Below are positions 18,163 through 27,968 of a stretch of DNA of 50,954 nt, one piece after another. The stretch covers positions 1 to 50,954 of the forward strand of contig JAFVFH010000054.1 of the NCBI GenBank assembly GCA_017475525.1. The letters run 5' to 3'. Every line of letters starts with the position of its first letter. The first letter of the stretch is position 1. Made by a program: the position numbers and the translations under genes. Below the pieces are notes generated by a model. The model did no database searches. It saw nothing but the letters and a program-made list of their open reading frames with translations, and had not been told where the DNA came from. The DNA comes from Alphaproteobacteria bacterium. GTDB lineage: Bacteria > Pseudomonadota > Alphaproteobacteria > RF32 > CAG-239.

Positions 18163-19422
18163 ATGAGATACAAATTTTTAACAGCTGTCTTAGCAGCCTC
18201 AACAGCCCTATCTGATATAGCCATGGCAACAATTCCCGAAGGTTGTGTTGATAAGGGCGACGGCACTTGCATCTATCGCGAAAAAAATGTGACGTCGCAA
18301 TATGACACCTCAAGCGGATATATCCTTCAAAAAACAGTTTTAAGTGCCGCACAAGGCGGCGAAGGGGTTGGCGTCAGCACCAATGTTTATAACTATAGCT
18401 ATGATGCTAACGGAAATGTGAGCGAACTTTCTCTGACCCAATATCCGGATGGTTCTGATAAAAGCCAAAAAACCGTTGTGCAATACAGCTACGATGAAGA
18501 TAACAATTTGATTTCAGCAACGCGCCAAAGTTATGAAAATTATGACAACCCTAATGTCAACAATTTCGCTTTTAATGAACTGAATATGTTTGACGGACCT
18601 CACATGCTCTATACATCTGAGCCGTCGACAGATCCCTATGGCAACCCGCAGACTTATGTTTATGACACGCACGAAAACGGAAACAAAACAAAAACTTATT
18701 TGTGGGATGAGAATAACGGAGAGGTTTATACATATAATAGCGATGGCATATTGATAGGCTATGGCTATATACAAAACGGCGAAACGAATAATGTCTACAC
18801 ACTCGATAATAACGGTGCGCTGCTGTCCGTTGGCGCTCAAGCTGGAACTGTAATAGACGTCACTTATGATGAAAACGGCGGCTTTTCAGCCTCAGAAAGT
18901 TACGGTCAGTCAAACTCATACAAATTAACCATTGACCCGAACTATACTTTGCCTGACGGGAGAGTCGTCACTTTGCAAACGATGTGGCAGGAAAAAGGAT
19001 GGACAGGAGAACCTTTAGAAACAGTGTCCGCCTTTGCTTATCTTCAAGAAGGCAAAGAGATGATTGTAGACGGCTATACAAATTATGATAAATATGGCAA
19101 TCCGACATACATTCGGATGTACTATTACACAGAAGACGGTCAGCCGGAAAATATAACAAACAAGTATTATTCTTACACCTATGACGAAGACGGACAGATA
19201 TTAACCTGTTCAGAAAGAAATAATTCGAAAGATCCATGGGCGACTTGCAGTGAAAACAGCGGTTCAAACTCGAATGTTTCCGGCGGCGGTACAAATTCGG
19301 AAAATTCGGAAACAAGCGGTTCTTTTGCGCCTACCCGCAATCCAAAACGCATTTATACCGTTGAAGAAGCCGCGGCACTTTCAAAAGAAACAGGCAACAC
19401 CTTCCGTCTTCGTTACAAATAA
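18163..19422 (+). CDS. secreted protein with YD-like repeats, Ser/Asn/Gly linker and conserved C-terminal tag
   Basis: AAGGAG RBS; signal peptide; YSYDANGN, YSYDEDNN and YTYDEDGQ repeats; ends KRIYTVEEAAALSKETGNTFRLRYK. Confidence 0.85.
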   Translation: MRYKFLTAVLAASTALSDIAMATIPEGCVDKGDGTCIYREKNVTSQYDTSSGYILQKTVLSAAQGGEGVGVSTNVYNYSYDANGNVSELSLTQYPDGSDKSQKTVVQYSYDEDNNLISATRQSYENYDNPNVNNFAFNELNMFDGPHMLYTSEPSTDPYGNPQTYVYDTHENGNKTKTYLWDENNGEVYTYNSDGILIGYGYIQNGETNNVYTLDNNGALLSVGAQAGTVIDVTYDENGGFSASESYGQSNSYKLTIDPNYTLPDGRVVTLQTMWQEKGWTGEPLETVSAFAYLQEGKEMIVDGYTNYDKYGNPTYIRMYYYTEDGQPENITNKYYSYTYDEDGQILTCSERNNSKDPWATCSENSGSNSNVSGGGTNSENSETSGSFAPTRNPKRIYTVEEAAALSKETGNTFRLRYK

Positions 19423-19598
19423 ATTGTCTTTATTCAATCCCCCCTTGTGCGCCCTTGGCTCACAAACCCCAAAGCCCCCTCGTTTTTGCTCAAAGCAAAA
19501 ACGTCCGGGGGCAAGGCAAAAAGTACCGCAACGTACATAACGTGAAGACACTTTTGACCTGAAATTTTGGGCTTAGATAACCTGTTATACGCGGTTTT

Positions 19599-19808
19599 TT
19601 AAGGGACGGGGTCATAGCCGGATCCGCCCCACGGGTGGCAACGTATAATGCGTTTTATTCCTATATATAGTCCTTTGACAACGCCGTGTTTTTTTAATGC
19701 CTCAATCATATATTCCGAGCATGTCGGCTTGTACCTGCAGCATCCGCCGCAAAGAGGCGATAAAAAAATTTGATAAAAGCGAACAAGCTTAATTAAGAGC
19801 CACTTCAT
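19599..19808 (-). CDS. yidD: membrane protein insertion efficiency factor
   Basis: [31 protein letters not shown]; start reassigned to 19808. Confidence 0.95.
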   Translation of the reverse strand: MKWLLIKLVRFYQIFLSPLCGGCCRYKPTCSEYMIEALKKHGVVKGLYIGIKRIIRCHPWGGSGYDPVP

Positions 19809-20205
19809 CTTCAGATGTTTCCTTATTAACAGGTGGCGGAGGTGATTGAAAAATACCTTTTTCAATCATGGCATTTGCCTTTTTTAATGCCCATTTAATA
19901 TCACTTTTAAGTTCTTTATACGGGCAATTTGCCGTGTTGTAGCGCCCGATTAAAACATATTCCACATTATCCATTGCTCTTGAGGGAAAAACCTCGCGCA
20001 CAACGGCACGAAGCCTGCGTCGTGTTCTGGTACGTACAACGGCTGAGCCGATTTTCTTGGTGGTTGTAAAACCAACCTTAAACCGTATCTTTTCTTTAGA
20101 TAAACTGGGAGCCGCCTGAAGAATAACGGTCGAAACGACCATTCGAATCCCATCGGCGACTCTTACAAAATCTCTTCTTTTTTTTAAGTGAAGAATTTTA
20201 TCCAT
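19789..20205 (-). CDS. rnpA: ribonuclease P protein component
   Basis: [30 protein letters not shown]; lies between rpmH and yidD. Confidence 0.95.
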   Translation of the reverse strand: MDKILHLKKRRDFVRVADGIRMVVSTVILQAAPSLSKEKIRFKVGFTTTKKIGSAVVRTRTRRRLRAVVREVFPSRAMDNVEYVLIGRYNTANCPYKELKSDIKWALKKANAMIEKGIFQSPPPPVNKETSEDEVALN

Positions 20206-20210
20206 GAATT

Positions 20211-20345
20211 TTAAGCGGAAAGTTTTTTACGCCCTCTTGCGCGACGCGCTGCCAAAACTTTGCGTCCGCCGACTGTTGCCATACGTGTTCTGAAACCATG
20301 GCGACGAGCTCTGATGAGCTTACTTGGTTGATATGTTCTTTTCAT
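20211..20345 (-). CDS. rpmH: 50S ribosomal protein L34 (absent from the ORF track)
   Basis: Manual translation [44 protein letters not shown]. Confidence 0.98.
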   Translation of the reverse strand: MKRTYQPSKLIRARRHGFRTRMATVGGRKVLAARRARGRKKLSA

Positions 20346-20572
20346 ATATTTTCTCCGGTTTATTAGTTATTATTTAAAACCGCCCTCAAAGGCGATTCTC
20401 GGGGTTAACGCTTTGCCTTATAAAGTTTTTTTCTATCCCTGTCAAGCAAAAAAATGAATTGCAATCGAAATCAATTTAATTATCACAAGCTTAACATTTT
20501 TAAACCTCTGAACTTTCACTTATAAAAAAACAAATGAGCTGTAAACTTTTATAATGAGTTTAATAAAAACCC

Positions 20573-23500
20573 CTAAAATCTATACTTCAGCCCGAAATCA
20601 AAACGGCTGCGATATTCACTGTCAACATACGATAAGAACCCGCCGTAAATTGACACATCACCTGCATCGTAAGAAAGCGTTGAGCGCAAAACGGCATAAT
20701 CATCACGGCGCTTTTCGTCGCTGATTTTGAATGTGCCGTTCATTCCATTCATTTGAAGCTCCATATCATACGGATTGCCAAATTCGTGATAAAGCATGGC
20801 TCCTGCCATCAATTTAAGCTGATGGTTCTTCGCAATTTTCTTTTCTTTTGAAATATAGGCGCCAAAGCCCAATTCTGCCGAATAAGTTCTCTGATTTGCA
20901 CTCGAAAGGCTGTATTGTTTTGTATCTTCTTTGAGTTTTGTTTGATAAGCCGTTAAATGAACCGCTGTGGCCGGTGAAAGTTCAAAACCACCGAAGGAAA
21001 GCGGATAGCGCACTTCACTTTCAAGTCCGAAGGCGCGTTTTTCAATATGTCCGTCATAGCTTCTGCTCTCATAGCCGTTGCGGTCATATGTGCCGTAGAG
21101 ATACGACATCTTTGGTGAAAACACCATATTAAACCCGTTTTTCTTGAGCTGATACGGCATCAAAAGTTGAAAATTTTTGCTTTCTCTTGAGTTTTTCAGA
21201 TGTCCGTCATCCGAACGCAACTCCGAAATCGCCAAACCGACGCCGAAATGCCCTCCGGCCATATTCGTTCCCGAAAGTGCATATTTCGTGTTTGAACCTC
21301 TGTCTTGAAACACTTTCGGCGCCACTTCACCCGAAAATGAAAATTCCCCGTCTTTCAACGCAAAAAGTTTGCTGTTCAAATCAAAGTTAAGCTCCTTTTG
21401 CATAATCATATCCTCATCGGCAAAGCGCGAAATCACATTTTGTCCCGTCAAATCACGCATGGCATTCTCAACCTCATTCAAACTTGATTTTGTTTTCAAA
21501 TTCGCAAATAGAGCTTCATTATTTTGCATATCATAATTCTTTTCCAAAAAGCTTGCCACCGTGCTGTTTTCAACCACTTCATTGAAATCTTTTTTCGTTA
21601 ATACGACATCGTTTCCTTTAAGCTCAGCGTCAAACAACACCGACTGAGAACTCAAATTCAAAGCGCTGGCATCTGATGTGTCAATTGCATTTAAGAGGGT
21701 ATAATTTTGCTCAAATCCGTTTTTGACCACATCACTTGAAATGCTCAAATTGCCCGTTATCGCAGGCGCACTGAAAGTTCCGTTCTGCGCAAGTGTTACT
21801 CCTTTGCCCAAACTTAATGCTTTTGTTGCGCTCACCAAACCCATATTTTCAAATTCGGCGCCACCTGTTAAATAAATGGCATATCCGCCGTCAGGGGTTA
21901 AACAGCCTGTTGACGTATAAGTCGGATTATCTTCCCAGTTCAGATCAATATTATTAATTCTGAATTGAAATTCGCCCGTGTTTGTGATTTTTGCGCCGTT
22001 TGTGGCATAAATGCCGTATGTTTTTTCTTTTGACGGTCCCGAAACCCAAATGCGTCCGGAGTTTGTGACCTTGCCGCCGTCGCTGTAAATGCCGTATGCG
22101 TTGCCTGTTGTTGACGTTACATTGATTTCATAGCGCTGTGTTGAGTTTTCAATCGTTCCGCCTTTATTATAAATACCATAGGCATCACCGCCCGCACTTT
22201 CAACTTCAAGTCCGCTGGTGTTTGTCAGCGTTGCCGTGCCGCTGTCCGATTGCGTCACATAAATACCAAAAGCATTGCCCGTTCCGCCCGTTGTTTTTGC
22301 AGAAATCACACGCCCGTTTGTCATTGTGCCGTCTTCAACATACGCCCCGTAAACATTGCCCGTTGCACTTTGTGCTTGAACGGAATAAACAAGCGTTGTT
22401 TCGCTGATGTCTTTGATGTTATTGATTGTTCCGCCTTTGGTGTATAAGCCGTATGCATTGCCGGCATCTGCCGATGACGCCACCTCACCGGAATTTTGAA
22501 TTGTCCCTAAAGAATAAAGTCCGTATGTGTTTCCGCTGCCTTGAGAATTGATGACACTGACAACCGAATCAATATACGAATACGTTCCTATTTTATTTTG
22601 ATTATAAATCGTGCCGTTTGTGCCGGATTGGTAAATACCATAAGCCGCACCGTTTCCTTTATTTGAAACATTAATTTCTGAATACACAATTGCTGTCGGT
22701 GATGTTTCTTCCGCACTGCTGTCATCAAACTCGGCCGTATAAATATCATTCCCGCCGAAAATACCGTAAACCCTGCCGTCGCCGACATTGTTAATTGAAA
22801 TTGTGCCGATGGCTTTGGCGGAACCTTGTGAAGCAATATCCGAAACAAGAATACCCGAGCCCTTGAGCTCCGCATAAACATTATAAATCGTATCCGCATT
22901 GTTTGAATAGAGCCCGTAAACCGTTCCGTCACTGTTGTTGTTGATGGAAATCGAAGATGTTTTGTTCATCACCAAAAAGTTTTCTTCAACTTTCTTCGTG
23001 TCCGTTTTTAAAACATCGCCGATCTCCGTGCTGTTATTGTCATAAACAACGTCATTAATCACATGTCCGGCAGTTTCACCGTTAAAATAATAGGCATTCG
23101 AATCTTTCACATAACCCTTCATGGTTGTGCCGTCCGTATCATACCAAATCTTGTTGCCGTCATCGTCATACTTATAATCCGGCTCCGTCACGGTTGCCGT
23201 TGTCGGCTCAATTGAAAAATATCCGTTTGCAAACTTATCCTGATCCAAACGATAATCATGCGGTGTTTGCGCCGCGTCATAAAACAGACCGTAAACATCA
23301 GCATAATTGTTGTTTGTGAGCGTTAATGTGCCTGCTTCATTGTAGTTTGAGTTAATGTCCGGATTACCGTACACATCTTTGCTTTGTTTTTTAACGCACA
23401 TGCCGGTGCTGTCCTTGCCGTATCCGTTGATACACTCATCGCAAAGCGTTCCGCCGTAACCGTTTTCGCACACACATTTTCCGGCCTGTTGCGTTCCGTG

Positions 23501-24142
23501 CGCACATTCAAGCGTTTTATAACATAAATCTGTGCCGTAGTTGCCGTATCCTGCTGCACAGGTATTGCATTTTTCGCCCGCATACCCCGTATCGCAAACA
23601 CAAACACTTTCCGACCAATGTCCGTGCACACAATTCGGATCCGTGCTTGAGCCGCCACCGCCTCCGCCGCCTCCGCCACCGAGCGCAATGGCTGTTCCGG
23701 CACCTGCCGCCACAACACCGGCACCGATTAAAGCCTTTGTTTTCCAGCTCATAGAGCTCATCTTAGCGGCATTTGCAGCAACCGCCGTATCCATATTACG
23801 CACCGGATTGATGACCACCGATTGCATAAATTCGCGATATCCGTTAATTTCCCACGTGCAGGGATGTGAAGGGTTTGCTCCTGATTGCAAAAATGATTTA
23901 TAGGCTCTTCTGTCGCGGTTTCTTGCCGCCACGCACAACCCCGTGTCACCGCTTGAGTTGACCGAATCGATATTAAGCCCGCGCGAACGTGCCGCATTGA
24001 TTGCCGAAACATCACCTCTTTGAGCAAGCGCATAAAGTGCACGAAAGCTTTCGGGAGAAAGAGCCTGCAAATAAGCCTCTGCCCTAAAGCTATAAAAACT
24101 TAAAACACAAGCAGCAACAAAACAAAAACGCCTCAAAATCAT
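20573..24142 (-). CDS. autotransporter-like surface protein (ankyrin-like, EGF-like, beta-helical passenger, beta-barrel)
   Basis: Signal peptide; GDTGLCVAA..GANP; poly-Gly; CxCxxGYxGxxC repeats; AYGIY repeats; C-terminal GLKYRF. Confidence 0.8.
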   Translation of the reverse strand: MILRRFCFVAACVLSFYSFRAEAYLQALSPESFRALYALAQRGDVSAINAARSRGLNIDSVNSSGDTGLCVAARNRDRRAYKSFLQSGANPSHPCTWEINGYREFMQSVVINPVRNMDTAVAANAAKMSSMSWKTKALIGAGVVAAGAGTAIALGGGGGGGGGGSSTDPNCVHGHWSESVCVCDTGYAGEKCNTCAAGYGNYGTDLCYKTLECAHGTQQAGKCVCENGYGGTLCDECINGYGKDSTGMCVKKQSKDVYGNPDINSNYNEAGTLTLTNNNYADVYGLFYDAAQTPHDYRLDQDKFANGYFSIEPTTATVTEPDYKYDDDGNKIWYDTDGTTMKGYVKDSNAYYFNGETAGHVINDVVYDNNSTEIGDVLKTDTKKVEENFLVMNKTSSISINNNSDGTVYGLYSNNADTIYNVYAELKGSGILVSDIASQGSAKAIGTISINNVGDGRVYGIFGGNDIYTAEFDDSSAEETSPTAIVYSEINVSNKGNGAAYGIYQSGTNGTIYNQNKIGTYSYIDSVVSVINSQGSGNTYGLYSLGTIQNSGEVASSADAGNAYGLYTKGGTINNIKDISETTLVYSVQAQSATGNVYGAYVEDGTMTNGRVISAKTTGGTGNAFGIYVTQSDSGTATLTNTSGLEVESAGGDAYGIYNKGGTIENSTQRYEINVTSTTGNAYGIYSDGGKVTNSGRIWVSGPSKEKTYGIYATNGAKITNTGEFQFRINNIDLNWEDNPTYTSTGCLTPDGGYAIYLTGGAEFENMGLVSATKALSLGKGVTLAQNGTFSAPAITGNLSISSDVVKNGFEQNYTLLNAIDTSDASALNLSSQSVLFDAELKGNDVVLTKKDFNEVVENSTVASFLEKNYDMQNNEALFANLKTKSSLNEVENAMRDLTGQNVISRFADEDMIMQKELNFDLNSKLFALKDGEFSFSGEVAPKVFQDRGSNTKYALSGTNMAGGHFGVGLAISELRSDDGHLKNSRESKNFQLLMPYQLKKNGFNMVFSPKMSYLYGTYDRNGYESRSYDGHIEKRAFGLESEVRYPLSFGGFELSPATAVHLTAYQTKLKEDTKQYSLSSANQRTYSAELGFGAYISKEKKIAKNHQLKLMAGAMLYHEFGNPYDMELQMNGMNGTFKISDEKRRDDYAVLRSTLSYDAGDVSIYGGFLSYVDSEYRSRFDFGLKYRF

Positions 24143-24206
24143 TTTTTCATCCTGATTTTAAATATGAAATATAGGAGATTATATGGCGTTATATGTAAAT
24201 ATTTTA

Positions 24207-25511
24207 TTAAAAAGACTGCCCTATGCGGATATATTCAAACCCTTCTTTTTTCATTTGAGACGCATCAAAGATATTTCTTAAATCAGCCATTTTTTTGTGT
24301 CTCATTTTTTGTTTTAAGCTTTGAATATTAAGCGTATTAAATTCCTGCCACTCCGTCAAAACGGCAATCACATCAGCTCCTTCAAACACATCTTCAGGCA
24401 AGCGCGCATATTCGATTTTGTCGCCCAAAATGTTTTTGGCATTGTCGCTTGCTTGGTAGTCAAAAGCGTTAATTTTTGCGCCTTTTTCAAGCAAATGCGC
24501 CACAATTTCCATCGCAGGCGATTGTCTTACATCGTCTGTTCCGTTTTTAAAAGCGAGCCCCAACACCCCGATTTTAGGATTTTCAACGCCTTTGACCATA
24601 TCTAAAATACGCTCGGCCATTTGAAGTTTGCGTGCTTTGTTGCCTTCGATTGTTTGTTTGATCAGGCTCATGTTTGCTCCGCATTTTTGAGCCATCAACG
24701 CCATTGCCATTGTGTCTTTCGGAAAACAACTGCCGCCATATCCCGGACCTGCATTCAAAAATTTGTTGCCGATGCGCTTGTCAAGCCCCATTCCGAGGGC
24801 GACTTCGTCAATATCCGCACCGGCTTTTTCGCAAAAATTTGCCATTTCATTGATGTAATGAATTTTCATCGCCAAAAAAGCATTTGAGGCATATTTAATG
24901 GTTTCTGAAGATTTGCGCTTGACAAAAAGCATCTGCGTTTTCCCCTCAAAAGGTGCATAAAGTTTTTTGATCACCTCTGCCGCTTTTGCATTGTTTGCCC
25001 CGCAAACCACTCTATCCGGGGCAAAAAAATCGGCAAGCGCATACCCTTCTCTTAAAAATTCCGGCAATGAGACAACATCAAAATCGGCAGTCGGATTGTT
25101 TTTTTTGATGATTTTTTCGACTTCATCGCCTGTTCCGACCGGAACGGTAGACTTGTTCGCCACAACCGTATATTTTTTCAAAAACGGCGCCAGTTCCTGT
25201 GCTGCCGCATAAATATAGCGCATATCGGCCTCGTTGGTTTCGGGATGCGGTGGTGTGCCGACCGCCAAAATCACAACATCGGCACCTTGAACCCCATCTT
25301 TCATTGAGGTCGTAAATTTTAATTTTCCATCACCGGCAACCTTCAAAAACAGTTCTTCCAAACCGTCTTCATAAAGTGTGAGCTTTCCGCTTTGAAGGGC
25401 ATGGATTTTGTTTTCATCTTTGTCCACACAAACCACATCGTTGCCGAACGATGCAAATCCGACCCCTGTCGGCAAGCCGACATATCCTGTTCCGATAATT
25501 GCAATTTTCAT
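24207..25511 (-). CDS. ugd: UDP-glucose 6-dehydrogenase
   Basis: GTGYVG, KSTVPVGT, PEFLREG and GYGGSCFPKD motifs. Confidence 0.95.
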   Translation of the reverse strand: MKIAIIGTGYVGLPTGVGFASFGNDVVCVDKDENKIHALQSGKLTLYEDGLEELFLKVAGDGKLKFTTSMKDGVQGADVVILAVGTPPHPETNEADMRYIYAAAQELAPFLKKYTVVANKSTVPVGTGDEVEKIIKKNNPTADFDVVSLPEFLREGYALADFFAPDRVVCGANNAKAAEVIKKLYAPFEGKTQMLFVKRKSSETIKYASNAFLAMKIHYINEMANFCEKAGADIDEVALGMGLDKRIGNKFLNAGPGYGGSCFPKDTMAMALMAQKCGANMSLIKQTIEGNKARKLQMAERILDMVKGVENPKIGVLGLAFKNGTDDVRQSPAMEIVAHLLEKGAKINAFDYQASDNAKNILGDKIEYARLPEDVFEGADVIAVLTEWQEFNTLNIQSLKQKMRHKKMADLRNIFDASQMKKEGFEYIRIGQSF

Positions 25512-25517
25512 TTTTTT

Positions 25518-26072
25518 TCAAACCTCTGTATCGTCCAAACTTTGCCCTAAAATATCACAAACCACATCATAGTCAAATCCTGCCCTCAAAAGTATCCCCA
25601 TATCTTTTTGCCGATTTTCTTTTCGCTCATCATCATTTTGACGAAACGGGCCGATTTTCCTTTTTTTTGCGAGCTTTAAGGCAAATTCTTTCGGGTTATA
25701 TTCTTCCTTTTCAATCAAATCATCAATTGCATTTTCATCAATGCCCTTCATTTTAAGCTTTGTTTTGATGTATCGTGCGGATTTACCCGTCGCTAAATAA
25801 TCTTTAATCTTGAGCAAAGCATATCTTTCATCGCTCACATAATTCCAATTTTGAAAATCCGCTAAAATCTCTTCAATCCAAAGATATGCCTGATTCTTAT
25901 CAAAATCAGGATTTTGATATGCATACCGATCGACTCTCCTTTTTAAGACATCTCTTAAATTTTGAACCGAACTTTCAAATCTTTCCAGATAATAAAGCCC
26001 GATATTTTTAAGCCTTATTTTTGTGATTTTTTTTAAGGCTTTTTGTTTTTGGGGCTGAGTTTTTGAATTCAT
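25518..26072 (-). CDS. recX: RecX family regulator
   Basis: YLERFESS, DERYA, KKRKIGPFR and LRAGF motifs (alpha-type). Confidence 0.85.
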   Translation of the reverse strand: MNSKTQPQKQKALKKITKIRLKNIGLYYLERFESSVQNLRDVLKRRVDRYAYQNPDFDKNQAYLWIEEILADFQNWNYVSDERYALLKIKDYLATGKSARYIKTKLKMKGIDENAIDDLIEKEEYNPKEFALKLAKKRKIGPFRQNDDERKENRQKDMGILLRAGFDYDVVCDILGQSLDDTEV

Positions 26073-26143
26073 CTCTTGAAAAATCTTTCAAATTGACTTA
26101 AATTGCCGATAATACTGTTAAATTATAATAAGGAAATATCAAA

Positions 26144-27085
26144 TTGACCACTAAAAATTTTGACACTTGTGCATCATTTTATCTTGAAAACGGCGCTTTT
26201 ATGGGGCGTCTGGTGCGCTTAAACGACGTTGTTTCAACCATTTTAAGAAATCATCAATATCCGTTAAATGTTTCGTCAGCACTTGCCGAAACAACGGCGC
26301 TTGCCGCTTTAACATCTTCCATGCTCAAATATGGCGGTCTTTTTACGCTTCAAATCCAAGGGAACGGCCCTGTTTCGCTCCTTGTGACCGATGTCACGGC
26401 AAACGGTAAAATTCGCTCTTGTGCCAAATTCGATGAAAAAAAATTAAACGAAGCAAAAGCTTTGCGCAAAACAGAAGATATTATTGAAGAAGTGCCCCAC
26501 CTTGTCGGCGGTGGCTATATGGCCTTAACGGTTGACGAGCAAAACGGGTTGCCACCGTATCAAGGTGTTGTCGACCTCAAAGGTAAAAATCTTTCCGAAC
26601 TGGCTCTGCGCTATTTTGCCCAATCTGAGCAGATAGATACGCTCTTAAAGCTTTTCGTCAAAACACCTGCCGGCGAAAGCCAAAGTTATATGTCTGCCGG
26701 TATCATCTTGCAAAAAGTTCCGCTAAAGGGTGGCAAAGAAATTGATTTAAGCGAACAAAACTTAAACCAAACGTGGGAAGATTTGAGCGCCTTTGTCCAG
26801 AGCCTCAAGGCGGACGAAGTTTTTGATTCTGCACTCTCAAACGAGGAAATTTTGCATCGTCTTTTCCATCAAAACAACCTCCGCTTCACAGGGGATAAAA
26901 CTTTTGAATTCGGCTGTCGCTGCTCGCATGAAAAGCTCAAAAACACGCTTTCGTCTTTTGATGCAAAAGAGCTTGATGAAATGGCAGACAGCAATGGCAA
27001 AATCGAGGCAACGTGCAATTTCTGCGGTCAAAAATACACCTATTTGCGCACGGAATTGATAAAAGAAGAAAAACACTTGCAATAG
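26144..27085 (+). CDS. hslO: Hsp33 redox chaperone
   Basis: YQGVV, YFAQSEQ, CRCS...CNFC; TTG start. Confidence 0.95.
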   Translation: MTTKNFDTCASFYLENGAFMGRLVRLNDVVSTILRNHQYPLNVSSALAETTALAALTSSMLKYGGLFTLQIQGNGPVSLLVTDVTANGKIRSCAKFDEKKLNEAKALRKTEDIIEEVPHLVGGGYMALTVDEQNGLPPYQGVVDLKGKNLSELALRYFAQSEQIDTLLKLFVKTPAGESQSYMSAGIILQKVPLKGGKEIDLSEQNLNQTWEDLSAFVQSLKADEVFDSALSNEEILHRLFHQNNLRFTGDKTFEFGCRCSHEKLKNTLSSFDAKELDEMADSNGKIEATCNFCGQKYTYLRTELIKEEKHLQ

Positions 27086-27138
27086 ACCTCATTTTGTATT
27101 AAAAACTCGAAATAGATTGAACTGTAAAGGAGGTTTTT

Positions 27139-27744
27139 ATGCTTAAATTCTCTCGTATTTTGACTGTGATAACCATTCTGATATTAAGCGCTTGCGCTTC
27201 CAATAAAGAGGTTGCCGAACCTCGTCGTTATAAAGAACCGCGTTTTAATGAACAAGCTCCGATTGAACTTCTTGTGAGCAAAGTCAATATCACGTCTGAA
27301 TTTTCACCTTCTTTCACGCGTCCATACGTTGAACATTTGTTTCCGATTTCGCTTGAGCGTGCGGCACGTATTTGGGCAACTGATCGCTTAGAAGCGGCTG
27401 ATTTCAGCGCGAACCGCACGGCAGATTTCATCATTAAAGATGCAAGCGTTACCGAGCGAGAAGAAAAAGCGCAAGACCTGTTCCATAAAGACAGCTTAAA
27501 ATATCGCGCGACACTTTCGGTCGTTTTGAGAGTGACAGATGCCAACGGATCAACGGCACAAACTTCTATTGAGGCGTGGCGTGAGCTTGGCATTCCGGCA
27601 GATACTCAGATAGATCAAAAAGAAAAATATTGGAATGAAATGCTCCAAAAATTGATGGCAGACTTTAATGCCAAAATGCAGGAAAATATTGAGCAGTATC
27701 TCAATATGTATGTCAAAAACAGCACCGCAATTTTTGAATACTAA
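27139..27744 (+). CDS. lipoprotein
   Basis: Lipobox LSAC; AAGGAGG RBS. Confidence 0.8.
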   Translation: MLKFSRILTVITILILSACASNKEVAEPRRYKEPRFNEQAPIELLVSKVNITSEFSPSFTRPYVEHLFPISLERAARIWATDRLEAADFSANRTADFIIKDASVTEREEKAQDLFHKDSLKYRATLSVVLRVTDANGSTAQTSIEAWRELGIPADTQIDQKEKYWNEMLQKLMADFNAKMQENIEQYLNMYVKNSTAIFEY

Positions 27745-27968
27745 ACTCGTAAGCCCTCTTTTTTTTCGCTATTGTTATACTTTGCAAAAACATGGTGAAA
27801 CAATGATGGAAGCGTATTCTCGGGGGTTTGTTCGCCAATAAAAAAAAGGGATTTTGTGTTCGATTTTTGAGATTTGTTTGTTTACACATCTTTTCTTTTC
27901 TGGCTTGCAATTAAAGAAAATATAAATTAAAAAGAGAACATTGTCATTTTTATTGAAGGTTTTGACGT

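Noticed and set aside
18163-19422. Rhs toxin
   Set aside because: Few YD-like repeats, no PxxxxDPxG core end, no toxin domain or immunity gene, and a Sec signal is present.
20346-20572. Replication origin next to rpmH
   Set aside because: No dnaA and no clear TTATCCACA box cluster seen.
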